A DNA stretch of 64,000 nucleotides from Heptranchias perlo (GCF_035084215.1 NC_090365.1:13454001-13518000); one strand, 5' to 3'; positions 1 to 14,537 are shown, counted from the first letter of the stretch. Notes: a model not told the origin generated them from the letters alone. Made by a program: numbers and translations.

Positions 1-972
1 GAGGGAGAGACACACAGCTACATACAGAGAGTGAGAGGGGGAGAGACACATGGCCACATACATAGAGTGAGAGGGAGAGACACACAGCCACATACAGAGA
101 GTGAGAGGGAGAGAGGCACACAGCCACATACAGAGAGTGAGAGAGAGAGACACACACAGCCACATACAGAGACTGAGAGGGAGAGACGCACACAGCCACA
201 TACAGAGAGTGAGAGGGGGAGAGACACATGGCCACATACAGAGAGTGAGAGGGAGAGAGGCACACAGCCACATACAGTGAGTGAGAGAGGGAGAGGCACA
301 CGGCCACATACAGAGAGTGAGAGGGGGAGAGACACACAGCCACATACAGAGAGTGAGAGGGAGAGAGGCACACAGCCACATACAGAGACTGAGAGGGGGA
401 GAGGCACACGGCCACATACAGAGAGTGAGAGGGGGAGAGGCACACAGCCACATGCAGAGAGTGAGAGAGAGAGACACACACAGCCACATACAGAGAGTGA
501 GAGGGGGAGACACACAGCCACATACATAGAGTGAGAGGGAGAGACACACAGCCACATACAGAGAGTGAGAGGGGGAGACACACAGCCACATACAGAGAGT
601 GAGAGAGAGAGACACACACAGCCACATACAGAGAGTGAGAGGGGGAGACGCACAGCCACATACATAGAGTGAGAGGGAGAGACACACAGCCACATACAGA
701 GAGTGAGAGGGGGAGACACACAGCCACATACAGAGAGTGAGAGGGGGAGAGACACATGGCCACATACAGAGAGTGAGAGGGAGAGAGGCACACAGCCACA
801 TACAGTGAGTGAGAGAGGGAGAGGCACATGGCCACATACATAGAATGAGAGGGGGAGAGACACACAGCCACATACAGAGAGTGGGAGGGAGAGAGGCACA
901 CAGCCACATACAGAGAGTGAGATGGGAGAGGCACACGGCCACATACAGAGAGTGAGAGAGGCACACATACAC
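1..972. repeat. ~30-33 bp minisatellite (CACAGCCACATACAGAGAGTGAGAGGGGGAGA)n
   Basis: direct reading; explains the repetitive ORFs 18..1019 and 31..534. Confidence 0.95.
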
Positions 973-1697
973 TCAAGGGGCCGAAAGACATACAGAGGCC
1001 AAGACAGAGAGAAACACACAGAGGTTGAGGCAGAGAGAAGTCAAGACACAGAGAGACTGACAGAGAAAGACACACGGTGAGGCTGAGAGACACAGAGGCT
1101 GAGAGGGAGAGAGACACACATACACAAAAGAGGCTGAGAGACACGTAGAGGCCAAGAGATAGGAATACACAGACAGACGGGAAGAGAGCTGTGGAGATTC
1201 CAAGAGACTCAGAAAGGCAGAACGACAGATAAACAAAGAGAGGTAGGGGGACAGACTGACAGGTAGAAATAGAGGTACAGGTACACTGACCACACGGACA
1301 GGGAACGGACCGCACAGACGGGGCGCTCACTAATTGGCTGACTTCAGCCAGCTTGTTTCTGTTCATTGACCGTGGCGTGCTGATTCTCAATTAGAAACGT
1401 GCAGCCTGGTTATGGGCTCATGGCAGGGAATCCTTAAAATAGAAGTCGAGAGGGTTGCTGCTGGTAATCATGTCAAGAGAACCATCAGACGCTGAGGGCA
1501 ATGGGAGCTAGTGACAGTCATTGATAAGTAGCTGCTGACTATCGCAGCGTAGCAGCTCCTGGTTTCATGCTGCTACACACGTCTACTTATACTGCCCAGC
1601 TTAAAGTGGCTTAGTGAGTCAAGGCACTGCCCACTGTGGCTGAATAGATCTGTATAGCATTTTATCATGTCTCTCAGATCTCAGATCACTTCACTTA

Positions 1698-3960
1698 CAA
1701 CAACTTGCATTTATATAGCACCTTTAACATAGTAAAACATCCCAAGGTGCTTCACAGGAGTGTAATCAAACAAAATTTGACACCGAGCCATGTAAGGAGG
1801 AGAGAGAGGTAGCGAGGCGGAGCGGTTTAGGGAGGGAATTCCAGAGCTTAGGGCCTAGGCAGGTGAAGGCACGGCCGCCAATGGTGGAGCGATTAAAATC
1901 AGGGATGTGCAAGGGGCCAGAATTGGAGGAGTGCAGAGTTTTCAGAGGGTTGTAGGTTACAGAGGTAGGGAGGGGGCGAGGCAATGGAAGGATTTGAAAA
2001 CAAAAATAAGAAATTTAAAATCGAGGCGTTGCCGGACTGGGAGCTAATGTAGGTCAGCGAGCACAGGGGTGGCGGGTGAATGGGACTTGGTGCGAGTTAG
2101 GATACGGGGCAGCAGAGTTTTGGACGAGCTGAAGTTTGCAGAGGGTGGAGAATGGGAGGCCGGCAAGGGGAGCATTGGAATCATAGAATCATAGAAATTT
2201 ACGGCACAGAAGGAGGCCATTCGGCCCATCGTGACTGTGCCGGCCGAAAAAGAGCCATCCAGCCTAATCCCACTTTCCAGCTCTTGGTCCGTAGCCCTGT
2301 AGGTTACGGCACTTCAGGTGCACATCCAAGTACTTTTTAAATGAGTTGAGGGTTTCTGCCTCTCCCACCCTTTCAGGCAGTGAGTTCCAGACCCCCACCA
2401 CCCTATGAGTGAAAATTTTTTTTCTTAGCTCCACTCTAATCGTTCTACCAATTACTTTAAATCTATGCCCTCTGATTATTGACCTCTCTGCTAAAGGAAA
2501 TAGGTCCTTCCTATCCACTCTATCTAGACCCCTCATAATTTTCTATACCTCAATTAAATCTCCCCTCAGCCTCTTCTGTTCCAAAGAAAACAACCCCAGC
2601 CTATCCAATCTTTCTTCATAGCTAAAATTCTCCTCTGTACTCTCTCTAGTGCAATCACATCTTTCCTGTAATGTGGTGACCAGAACTGTACGCAGTACTC
2701 AAGCTGTAGCCTAACTAGTGTTTTATACAATTTCAGCATAACCTCCCTGCTCTTATATTCTATGCCTCGGCTGATAAAGGAAAATATCCTGTATGCCTTT
2801 TTAACCACCTTACCTACCTGCTACCTTCAGTGATCTGTGGACATGCTCTCCAAGGTCCCTCTGTTCCTCTACACGTCTCAGTATCCTCCCATTTATTGTG
2901 TACTCCCTTGCCTTGTTTGCCCTCCCCACACTTCTCCGGATTGAATTCCATTTGCCACTTTTCTGCCCACCTGACCAGTCCATTGATATCTTCCTGCAGT
3001 CTACAGCTTTCCTCCTCACTATCAACCACACGGCCAATTTTTGTATCGTCTGCAAACTTCTCAATCATGCCCCCTACATTTAAGTCTAAATCATTTAAAT
3101 ATACCACAAAAATCAGGGGCCCTAGTACTGAGCCCTGCAGATCCCCACTGGAAACAGCCTTCCAGTCACAAAAACACCCGTCGACCATTACCCTTTGCTT
3201 CCTGCCACTGAGCCAATTTTGGAGCCAACTTGCCACTTTCCCTTGGATCCCATGGGCTTTTACTTTTCTGACCAGTCTGCCAAGTCGAGTAGTCGAGTCT
3301 GGAGGTAATAAAGGCATAAATGAGGGTTTCAGCAGCAGCTGGGCTGAGGCAGGGGCAGAGACGAGTGATATTACAGAGGTGGAGGTTTGGCGGTCTTGGT
3401 GATGGAGCGGATAGGGGTCGAAAGCTCAGCTCAGGGTCAAATAGGACGCCAAGGTTGCAAACAGTCTGGTTCAGCCTCAGACAGTGGCCGTGGAGAGGGA
3501 TGGAGACGGTAGTTAGGGAATGGAGTTTGTGGCGGGGACCAAAGACAATGGCCTCGGTCTTCCCAATATTTAGTTGGAGGAAATTGCTGTCGGACAAGCA
3601 ATGTGACAAATGAGAGACAGTGGAGGGTCGAGGGAGGTGGTGGTGAGGTAGAGCTGGGTGTCGTCAGCGTACATGTGGAATCTGACGTCGTATTTTCGGA
3701 TGAGGTCGCCGAGGGGCAACACGTAGATGAGAAATAGGAGGGGGCCAAGGATAGATCCTCGGGGGACTCCAGAGGTAACGGTGCGGGAGCGGGAAGAGAA
3801 GCCATTGCTGGCTACGACTGAATAGATAAGAATGGAGGCAGGCGAGTGCAGTCCCACCCAGCTGGACGACGGAGGAGAGGCGATGGAGGAGGATGGAGTG
3901 ACTGCAGACAGGTCAAGAGGATAGTTTATCGTTGTCACAGTCACATAAGATGTCATTTGA
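1698..3960 (-). mobile_element. L2-clade LINE (RT fragment and 3' end) interrupted by a CR1 insertion at ~2178-3280
   Basis: GVPRGSILGPLLFLIY and HMYADDTQLY (ORF 3570..3956); LQLNIGKTE; FITSRLDY; 3' tail ggtgctatataaatgcaagttgttg on the minus strand. Confidence 0.9.
2178..3280 (-). mobile_element. CR1 LINE 3' portion nested in L2
   Basis: QGSVLGP/KFADDTK (ORF 2814..3317), LEYCVQFWSPH, WNSLP; (ATTCTATG)n-type tail at 2178-2196. Confidence 0.92.
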
Positions 3961-4704
3961 GACAGAAGGTCCCAGGTTTAATCTGGTTTCCAGTTGTCCA
4001 ACTCATGAGGGGAGGCTGTCCACTTTGACAGTCCCGTCACTGTCAGAAATGACCAGATTTCAATGGTCAGAAGATCATGGGCCAGTGGTCCGCAGTTTGC
4101 CGAGAGGTGTTTAGAGTGGGTGGGGTTCTGGGCCAAAGAGGAAACTCTTCCCTTTTTATCCTTGTATGATACTTGCAAACCAGAACATCTAGGAGCGAGA
4201 AAAAGTATTGCAGTCCAGGGAGTTTCTGGGACACGGATAGTTTAAAGGGGGAGTTACAATCTGGCAAGAAACCCCCCCTAAAGAGATCACTGAACCATTG
4301 CCGAGGCAACAGGAGAATCCTTTCACTCATCTGAAGCGCCATTGGGCTCCAGAACCCAGGCAGAAGGGGTAGGCACTCAGCTGCTTAAATTATGAAATGG
4401 TATTAAGGTAAACCTGAGCTATTACTTCAAAGTAAACCAGACCCACTGGGGCAAGGGGACAGAAGTCTAAGTTATTGAAAGATCAACTTAAAACATCTTT
4501 TCTCTACTCAGAGTGATAAATAAGCTGTCAGGTGGGACAATGAAACCATTGTACAAACTTAGCCCATTCATATAGAGTTCCTTCATCCAGTATTTTAACA
4601 GTGGCATTAACCCATGATGCTGGTATCTCAAGGTGTAACATTAAGGCATTCGAAATGTAGCTGGATTTTAGGCTGGGAGAGTTAGGGTCCTAGAGGAACG
4701 AGCT

Positions 4705-4900
4705 TCATAGAATCATAGAGCACAGAAAAACATAGAAAATTTACGGCACAGAGGGAGGCCATTCGGCCCATTGTACCTATGCCAGCTCTCCAAAAGAGCT
4801 ATCAATTAGTCCCACTCCCCCTGCTCTTTCCCCATAGTGGTACAAATTTTTCTTCTTTAAGTAGATGCCCAATTCCCTTTTGAAAGTCACTACTGAATGG
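4705..4900 (-). mobile_element. CR1 3'-end fragment
   Basis: catagaatcatag tail plus the ggaggccattcggccc 3' UTR motif seen in other copies. Confidence 0.8.
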
Positions 4901-5569
4901 CCTTCAAACTGACAGGTATAATAATTGTGAACTACGGCCTACCCCAATTCACCAAAGACGTGATGATAAGGATTGTTGGCTGGCTGTTGCGGGGCAGATT
5001 TTCCTGGGGCATTGGGATCATCTGGGGGAGCAGCGGATGCAGGAGAATGGATGGAGAGTTGGCTGGGATCTGTTAGGGACAAGATCTCCGCTGCATCCGA
5101 AGTTCCTGTGTTGTGCCGGGTGATCCAACAGGAAAACCTGCATCAATTTTCCCGTTCTACGTCTCTCTGAGAAAAGGACTGTAAAGTCGGACTAGATTGG
5201 TGGACAAAGCATTCTTTACCTGTGTCCTTTCCATCCAGGCTGCCCAGTGTAAATGGGATAAATCGGGTGGAGAGGTTATTGTGGGACCAGGCTGTCTGTG
5301 AATAGATGGAGAAAAGTAAAAGGCAAGAGATGAATTATATTACCAGGCTTTCTCATCTCAAAATTATTTTAGTAACCGTAGCAACCTGAATCTAACACTA
5401 TTAGAAGAGTCAAACTGGAATTAGTTTGTTTTTTTACAATGTAATTTTTGTACAGAAACGTCTGGTAAAAAATGAAATTGAAATAATTGTTAAATTGGGA
5501 GCCTCCTATCAGAATCATTATAAAATGGTTATAACTAACACAGAATGTTCTACATACAGGCTCGGAGGG

Positions 5570-8500
5570 AGAGTGGGAGAAAGGAGGTAGGGATGGGGAC
5601 TCGGGGGAGGGAGGAGAATGGGGGCAGGGATGGGGGCTCGGGAGAGAGGAAAATGGGGGTAGTGATGAGGAGAGGGGGAAAGGAGAATGGGGGTAGTGAT
5701 GGGGAGAGGGGGGGAAAAGGAGAACGGGGATAGGGGTAAGGAGAGGGGGAGAGAGGGAGAATGGGGTAGGGATGGGGAGAGGGGGAGAGAGGGAGAATGG
5801 GGGTAGTGATGGGAAGAGGGGAGAGAGAGGGGGATTGGAGGTAGGGATGGGGAGAGGGGGAGAGAGGGGGAATGGAGGTCGAGATGGGGAGAGGGGGGAG
5901 AGAGGGAGAATGGGGGTAGGGATGGGGAGAGGGGGGAGAGAGGGAGAATGGGGGTAGGGATGGGGAGAGGGGGGAGAGAGGGAGAATGGGGGTAGGGATG
6001 GGGAGGGGGGGAGAGAGGGGGAATGGGGGTAGGGTTGGGGAGAGGGGGGAGAGAGGGAGAATGGGGGTAGGGATGGGGAGAGGGGGGAGAGAGGGAGAAT
6101 GGGGGTAGGGATGGGGAGAGGGGGGAGAGAGGGAGAATGGGGGTAGGGATGGGGAGGGGGGGAGAGAGGGGGAATGGGGGTAGGGATGGGGAGAGGGGGG
6201 AGAGACGGAGAATGGGGGTAGGGATGGGGAGAGGGGGGAGAGAGGGAGAATGGGGGTAGGGATGGGGGAGAGAGGGAGAATGGGGGTAGAGATGGGGAGG
6301 GGGGGAGAGGGAGAATGGGGGTAGAGATGGGGAGGGGGAGAGGGGGAATGGAGGTAGGGATGGGGAGAGGGGGGAGAGAGGGAGAATGGGGGTAGGGATG
6401 GGGAGAGGGGGGAGAGAGGGGGAATGGGGGTAGGGATGGGGAGAGGGGGGAGAGAGGGAGAATGGGGGTAGGGATGGGGAGAGGGGGGAGAGAGGGAGAA
6501 TGGAGGTAGGGATAAGGAGGGGGAGAGAGGGAGAATGGGGGTAGGGATGGGGAGAGGGGGGAGAGAGGGAGAATGGGGGTAGGGATGGGGAGAGGGGGGA
6601 GAGAGGGAGAATGGAGGTAGGGATAAGGAGAGGGGGAGAGAGGGAGAATGGGGGTAGGGATGGGGAGAGGGGGGAGAGAGGGGGAATGGGGGTAGGGATG
6701 GGGAGAGGGGGGAGAGAGGGAGAATGGGGGTAGGGATGGGGAGAGGGGGAGAGAGGGAGAATGGAGGTAGGGATAAGGAGAGGGGGAGAGAGGGAGAATG
6801 GGGGTAGTGATGGGGAGAGGGGGGGAAAAGGAGAACGGGGGAGAGAGGGAGAATGGGGGTAGTGATGGGAAGAGGGGAGAGAGAGGGGGAATGGGGGTAG
6901 GGATGGGGAGGGGGGGAGAGAGGGGGAATGGGGGTAGGGTTGGGGAGAGGGGGGAGAGAGGGAGAATGGGGGTAGGGATGGGGAGAGGGGGGAGAGAGGG
7001 AGAATGGGGGTAGGGATGGGGAGAGGGGGGAGAGAGGGAGAATGGGGGTAGGGATGGGGAGGGGGGGAGAGAGGGGGAATGGGGGTAGGGATGGGGAGAG
7101 GGGGGAGAGACGGAGAATGGGGGTAGGGATGGGGAGAGGGGGGAGAGAGGGAGAATGGGGGTAGGGATGGGGGAGAGAGGGAGAATGGGGGTAGAGATGG
7201 GGAGGGGGGGAGAGGGAGAATGGGGGTAGAGATGGGGAGGGGGAGAGGGGGAATGGAGGTAGGGATGGGGAGAGGGGGGAGAGAGGGAGAATGGGGGTAG
7301 GGATGGGGAGAGGGGGGAGAGAGGGGGAATGGGGGTAGGGATGGGGAGAGGGGGGAGAGAGGGAGAATGGGGGTAGGGATGGGGAGAGGGGGGAGAGAGG
7401 GAGAATGGAGGTAGGGATAAGGAGGGGGAGAGAGGGAGAATGGGGGTAGGGATGGGGAGAGGGGGGAGAGAGGGAGAATGGGGGTAGGGATGGGGAGAGG
7501 GGGGAGAGAGGGAGAATGGAGGTAGGGATAAGGAGAGGGGGAGAGAGGGAGAATGGGGGTAGGGATGGGGAGAGGGGGGAGAGAGGGAGAATGGGGGTAG
7601 GGATGGGGAGAGGGGGGAGAGAGGGGGAATGGGGGTAGGGATGGGGAGAGGGGGGAGAGAGGGAGAATGGGGGTAGGGATGGGGAGAGGGGGAGAGAGGG
7701 AGAATGGAGGTAGGGATAAGGAGAGGGGGAGAGAGGGAGAATGGGGGTAGTGATGGGGAGAGGGGGGGAAAAGGAGAACGGGGGAGAGAGGGAGAATGGG
7801 GGTAGTGATGGGAAGAGGGGAGAGAGAGGGGGAATGGGGGTAGGGATGGGGAGAGGGGGAGAGAGGGGGAATGGAGGTCGAGATGGGGAGAGGGGGGAGA
7901 AAGGGAGAATGGGGGTAGGGATGGGGAGAGGGGGGAGAGAGGGAGAATGGGGGTAGGGATGGGGAGAGGGGGGAGAGAGGGAGAATGGGGGTAGGGATGG
8001 GGAGGGGGGGAGAGAGGGGGAATGGGGGTAGGGATGGGGAGAGGGGGGAGAGAGGGAGAATGGGGGTAGGGATGGGGAGAGGGGGGAGAGAGGGAGAATG
8101 GGGGTAGGGATGGGGGAGAGAGGGAGAATGGGGGTAGAGATGGGGAGGGGGGGAGAGGGAGAATGGGGGTAGAGATGGGGAGGGGGAGAGGGGGAATGGA
8201 GGTAGGGATGGGGAGAGGGGGGAGAGAGGGAGAATGGGGGTAGGGATGGGGAGAGGGGGGAGAGAGGGGGAATGGGGGTAGGGATGGGGAGAGGGGGGAG
8301 AGAGGGAGAATGGGGGTAGGGATGGGGAGAGGGGGAGAGAGGGAGAATGGAGGTAGGGATAAGGAGAGGGGGAGAGAGGGAGAATGGGGGTAGGGATGGG
8401 GAGAGGGGGGAGAGAGGGAGAATGGAGGTAGGGATAAGGAGAGGGGGAGAGAGGGGGAATGGGGGTAGGGATGGGGAGAGGGGGAGAGAGAAAGAATGGG

Positions 8501-8590
8501 GGTAGGGATGGGGAGAGGGGGCAGAGAGGGACAATGGGGGTAGGGATGGGGAAAGGGGGGAGAGAGGGGGAATGGAGATGGGGATAGGGT
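5570..8590. repeat. 3-kb G-rich polypurine minisatellite, ~35-37 bp unit GGGGGTAGGGATGGGGAGAGGGGGGAGAGAGGGAGAAT
   Basis: direct reading; produces the spurious 1028-aa Pro/Ser ORF. Confidence 0.97.
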
Positions 8591-9351
8591 CTAGAAACAT
8601 GTTATATGCATATATCTTAATTTGTTCTCTACCCATAAATGCGTTAACTTCCTCTTGAACCCAATATACTCTCTGCCTTCCTGCACCATTCCATTAATCT
8701 GTGCAAAAACGTTCGGCCCATCTCTCCTTTTTACTTCTAACTTCTTCATTTTTAACTTGCGATCCCTGGTATTTCAATTCTTCACTCACCTGAACAATTT
8801 GCCTCAGTGAATTTTGTCAATTCCCATCGCCACTTCGAAAAGTTCAACTGGGCACCTCAAAGTCTCAAAAAAAGAACAGGACCAACTCCCTGACTTACTT
8901 CCTTTTGATCCCGATTTCGAATCCCAGTTTTGAACATGGAACAAACTGCATTAGGCAGTAGTTTAAATACTTACATGTGCCTGGTCCTGACAAGTGGCTT
9001 CACGCCCATCTCTGTTGCTCCACCAGGCCTGATTATAACCATTTCCTTCTCACGGAGGAATTGATGCGGTTTCTTTGTACGTTGACAGGCAACTGACAGA
9101 ACGTCCATCTCTTCGCTCTGGTGAATCCAATTCATTCAGGAGTTGCAGGGGTATGAGATTCCCATTCTTCATTGTGACGTCTGCTGTTTGAGATTGCTGC
9201 TATTTTGGGGATCAGGTTATTCCGTTTCATTACAGCTTCATCAGCCCATGGTTTCTAAATAGGATTAAAACTGTAATCCTTTTTGATTCTTATTTTATCT
9301 CTGCCTTGTGTTCACTCTTGAGCTTTCAGACAAATGTGTTGCTGCATTTTG

Positions 9352-9792
9352 ATGTTGGGATATTAATGGGTGATGGTGCTGCTGGGATATTAATGGGTGA
9401 TGGTGCTGCTGGGATATTAACGGGTGATGGTGCTGCTGGGATATTAACGGGTGATGGTGCTGTTGGGATATTAACGGGTGATGGTGCTGCTGGGATATTA
9501 ACGGGTGATGGTGCTGCTGGGATATTAACGGGTGATGGTGCTGCTGGGATATTAACGGGTGATGGTGCTGCTGGGATATTAACGGGTGATGGTGCTGTTG
9601 GGATATTAACGGGTGATGGTGCTGCTGGGATATTAACGGGTGATGGTGCTGCTGGGATATTAACGGGTGATGGTGCTGCTGGGATATTAACGGGTGATGG
9701 TGCTGCTGGGATATTAACGTGTGATGGTGCTGCTGGGATATTAACGGGTGATGGTGCTGTTGGGATATTAATGGGTGATGGTGCTGCTGGGA
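9352..9792. repeat. 27-bp tandem repeat GGGATATTAACGGGTGATGGTGCTGCT, ~16 copies
   Basis: direct reading; 9-aa periodicity in the ORF track. Confidence 0.97.
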
Positions 9793-9816
9793 TGGCAACA
9801 GTGACAGTTATGTCTC

Positions 9817-10330
9817 CCCACATAACTGAAGTCCCTCATCCCTGATGCCATTCTAGTAAATCTCCTCTGCACCCTCTCCAAGGCCTTCACATCCTTCCTA
9901 AAGTGCAGTGACCAGAACTGAACACAATACTCCAGCTGAGGCCTAACCAGTGTTTTATAAAGGTTTAGCATAACTTCCTTGCTTTTGTGAAGCCTCTATT
10001 CATAAAACCAAGGATCCCATATACTTTTTTAACGGCCTTCTCAAATTGTACATATACCCTTGGGTCTCTCTGTTCCTGCACACCATTTAAAATGGTACCA
10101 TTTAGTTTATATTGTCTCTCCTTGTTCTTCCTACCAAAATGTATCATTTCACTCATCTCTGTGTTAAATTTCATCTGCCGTGTGTCTGCCCATTTCACCA
10201 GTCTGTCTATGTCCTCCTGAAGTCTGTTACTATCCCCCACATTATTTACCACATTTCCAAGTTTTGTGTCATCAGCAAACTTTGAAAGTATACCCTCTAC
10301 ACCCAGGTCATTAATATAAATCAAAAAGAT
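9817..10330 (-). mobile_element. CR1 RT fragment
   Basis: IYINDL..SKFADDTKLG, LEYCVQFWS in ORFs 9965..10390 and 9768..9971. Confidence 0.9.
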
Positions 10331-10331
10331 A

Positions 10332-11392
10332 TATAAACAAAACAAATCACACACCCAAAGCAAACCACACCAAACTAAATCAAAGCACACTAGCTAACCA
10401 AAACCACACCAAACTAAATCAAATCAAACTATACCAAACTAAACCATAACCATTATACCAAACCACACATGCCAATCACCAAATCATTGCAAAACAAACC
10501 ACATCACACACTAAACTCCAAGCCCAATCATATCAAACATCAAAGCCCAGGAGACACCAACTCACAACAAACATCAAAATGGACTTCAATATCAAACCAC
10601 ACAAAAACCACACCTCACCAAACAATAAACCACATTAAATCAAGTCCAAGCCAAATCAAATCACACCAAACTCTAAACTAAACAATGCAGCAAAACTACA
10701 TTATACCAAACCACTCCATGCTAAATACTGCACCAAACTATCCCACACCAAACACTACACAGAACCACTTCAAGCAACACTAAATCCATCACCAAACCAT
10801 ACTCAACCAAGCCACACACCAACAGCATTAAACCAAGCACTAGCTCAAATCAAACCACAGCAAGCTAAGCAGTGCACCAAACCAAACCAAACAATATCAA
10901 ACCAAACCAAACAATATCAAACTAACCAAACCACACAAAATCAAACCAAACCAAACAATATCAAACCAAACCAAACAATATCAAACTAACCAACCAAACA
11001 ATATCAAACCAAACCAAACAATATCAAACTAACCAACCAAACAATATCAAACCAAACCAAACAATATCAAACTAACCAAACCACACAAAATCAAACCAAA
11101 CCAAACAATATCAAACCAAACCAAACAATATCAAACTAACCAAACCACACAAAATCAAACCAAACCAAACAATATCAAACCAAACCAAACAATATCAAAC
11201 TAACCAACCAAACAATATCAAACCAAACCAAACAATATCAAACTAACCAAACCAAACGATATCAAACCAAACCAAACAATATCAAACTAACCAAACCACA
11301 CAATATCAAACCAAACCACACAATATCAAACCAAACCACACAATATCAAACCAAACCACACACCAAGCGAGACTAAACCAAACACTACAACA
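10332..11392. repeat. (AAACC)-derived low-complexity array, regular AAACCAAACCAAACAATATC units from ~10880
   Basis: direct reading. Confidence 0.9.
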
Positions 11393-11615
11393 ACAATAAC
11401 AACTTGCATTTATACAGTGCCTTTAACATGGTAAAACAGTCCAAGGCATTTCACAGGAGCGTAATCAAACAAAAATTGACACTGAGCCACATATTAGGAC
11501 AAATGACCAGAAGCTTGGTCAAAGAGGTAGGTTTTAAGAGGCATGTTAAAGGAGAGATGGAGAGGTTTAGGGAGAAATTTCCAGAGTTTAGGGCCTAGGC
11601 AGCTGAAGGCACGGC
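11390..11615 (-). mobile_element. L2 3'-end fragment
   Basis: acaacttgcatttatacagtgcctttaac... same motif as at 1700 and 57248. Confidence 0.8.
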
Positions 11616-12842
11616 ACTATTAAGTTACACATGTATATGTTGCACAATCGACTTCTGTCCTGGTTTGTTGTAGCCTGTGTAGGATTATCCATCACCCACC
11701 ACAGAGGCGCTGTTTTATGAAGATGGGATGTGGGGAATGAAGGAACTGATATTAGTCTGTCCAATGTCTCCGATGTTTACCATAGTCAAATAGATGTGTG
11801 CCCCCACTATTAATGACACATCTCCCATATCCATGCATGCAAGCGTTAACACTATGGGGTTTATAATGTGATCAGAGGTGCCCAAAACTGTACTTTGGAG
11901 AATAGAGCTCTGTATTTTAGAGCGCAGAGGCCTGAGGCCTACCCCATGCCCCATGCAATTGACGAGCGGTTTGTGTCCTTAGAATCTTGCATGCAAGGCT
12001 CACGAAAGCCGCCGATTACACGTAAATGATGGGGAAACCTCATAAAGCAGCTGCACCATCTCCAGATGTTCCATGCCCATTTGAATTGGGCTCTTCAAGG
12101 GAAGCCTGCTGAGAAATGGAACCTCTCACCTGATGAGAGTCTCCTCCACTTAGGGTTACCCTTCAGTGCAGGACTTCCTATGGCAGAGCTGACCATGCCG
12201 GATTGGTACACGGGGCTGTTGTGGCCCCAGTTGGCTTTTTCCAACAAAAAAAAACCACAGGCACAGCTCTAAGGGCAGCAGCAAGCAGCCCTTTAAGACC
12301 TGCTGGCGCTGGATAACCTGCCATCCCCCCCAGAACCCCAGCGCGCTCTAAGTCCATCATTCAGTGAGCACTGGCAGCAACATCTAAATGAGCTGACGTC
12401 CCATTAATGTGGGGATCAGCTACTTACCCACAATGAGCCCAATGTGCAGATGTCCCATTGCTACTGCTCTGGAGCCGTCCCTATGTGTGCTGCAAACTCC
12501 CTGCAGGGACTAATCACACTTTATATCAGTCAGGAAGTTGGTTATTTTCTCTGCTTTCTTACTCCATCTCGTCCATTATGATTTGTTACAGATGCTACTT
12601 ATCTGTACCAAAGCTAAAAGGAAAATGATGTAATTTTGAAGTTTCTTTCTCAGTTTTGTTTGTTGGACTGAATAGCGTCATTTGAACGTTCTTATATTCT
12701 TAAGTTGGTAAATTAACAGGTACGGTTATTTCAGTTAAAGTTTCTTAACATCAATTCTTTAGATTGGCAATGATGCTCAACTAATGGCCAATGGTGTTCA
12801 ATTAATGCCCATTTACTGTGCACTCTACATGGATAATTAGAA

Positions 12843-13196
12843 CATTGCTGATCTGTATCTTAACTCCATCCACCCGCCTTGGTTCATATCCCATAATACC
12901 CTTACCTAACAAAAATCGATCAATCTCAGTTTTGAAATTTTCACTTGACCCCCAGCCTCAACAGCATTTTGGGGGAGAGAGTTCCAGATTTCCACTCCCC
13001 TTTGTGTGAAGAAGTGCTTCCTGACATCACCCCTGAACGGCCTAGCTCTAATTTTAAGGTTATGCCCCCTTATTCTGGACTCCCCCACCAGAGGAAATAG
13101 TTTATCACTGTCAACCCTATCAACTCCTTTAATCATCTTAAACACCAATAGATCACCCTATTCCCTCTTCTATACTCGAGGGAATACAAACCTAGT
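12843..13196 (-). mobile_element. CR1 3' fragment
   Basis: VFKMIKG..RGHNLKI..FFTQR..WNSLP (ORF 12906..13148). Confidence 0.88.
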
Positions 13197-14284
13197 TTCT
13201 TCGGGTCAGGACAGGGATCAGGTGCCTCACACGGTCAAACACCCTGACGATATTCACTGTCCAGACTTGCACATGAAGAATGGTTACTCGAGTGAGGTAA
13301 TGGAACACTGGCATGGAACCAGAGCTCAACAAGGAGCTAGCACTTTCAGGAATTCGGGGGAGAAAATGGCAGATCGCAAAAGAATTAACTTTTCTAACAA
13401 AGGTTCCCACAGCTAAGGAGATGACGTATCGAAACGGATCTAGGACACTGTAATTCAGGGCGGAATATGGTCCCATGACTATATTGCTACTGAACACTTG
13501 TTCAACCTCTGCTCTACAGAGGAATGGGCTACGGTCAAAGAAGTTCTAAACCAAAGGCTTTGAGACGCACACTCCACACAAGGAAGAGGACAAAAGCCCC
13601 AAAGTTGTACTAGAAATTTTAATGCATTTCTTTTTTTTTTCTGTTTCACAGCAGTGCATTGCCAGAACTGATAGTTTAAGTTGTACATTGGACTGGGCGA
13701 ATACAATAGTGATATAGCCATTGGTCACACACTTATTATTTCTGTGCATTGAACAGAATTTACATGTTAAACACTAACATGCAGCAAACAAGGCAGATCA
13801 CAGATCTACTGAAAGTGACTGTCAGACAGGGCCTGAAGGAAGGAAAGCACTTTATCAACCTGTGAGAATGGGAAAATGTGGAAATGTGAGTTTGACAGGG
13901 GATTGAGAACGTTGGGCGTACAAGAATGGCAAGAGTTTGTTTTTTCTTCAAATACTCAACAAAGACTTGAAAAGAACGGTTTGCCTATGATTCCCTTGCC
14001 GATGGCGATGGTTTGTGCGACATGCTTCCTCTCAGCTTGTGTTACCTGAACGTATCTGCTCCACTATTTAGCTGCTGAATTGGAGGATGTACAGAGCTTC
14101 ACGGATCAGCTCTGTAAATGGTGAGGGGATCGATCGGCATATGGATGGAAACATTTAGATATTTCGCATGCCAACTGGCTCAAGTGGGCATTCTGCCTCC
14201 TACTATGAATCTGTCCACTTGCCCCAGTATCCCCCCTTGCAAAAACAAAAAAGACACTGCAGCTGATGCCACACATACTAATGT

Positions 14285-14537
14285 ACTGTACTCACCTGCA
14301 CAGTACTCATCTGTACAGTACTCACCTGCACTGCACTCACCTGCACTGCACTCACCTGCACTGCACTCACCTGCACTGCACTCACCTGCACAGTACTCAC
14401 CTGCACTGCACTCACCAGCACTACTCACCTGCACAGCACTCACCTGCACAGTACTCACCTGCACTGCACTCACCAGCACTACTCACCTGCACAGCACTCA
14501 CCTGCACTGCACTCACCTGCACTGCACTCACCTGCAC
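14285..14537. repeat. 15-bp minisatellite CACTCACCTGCACTG
   Basis: direct reading. Confidence 0.93.

Noticed and set aside
18-1019. Cys-rich 333-aa ORF
   Set aside because: Minisatellite translation
5550-8636. 1028-aa Pro/Ser-rich ORF (extensin-like)
   Set aside because: Translation of a pyrimidine-rich minisatellite strand that lacks stop codons by composition
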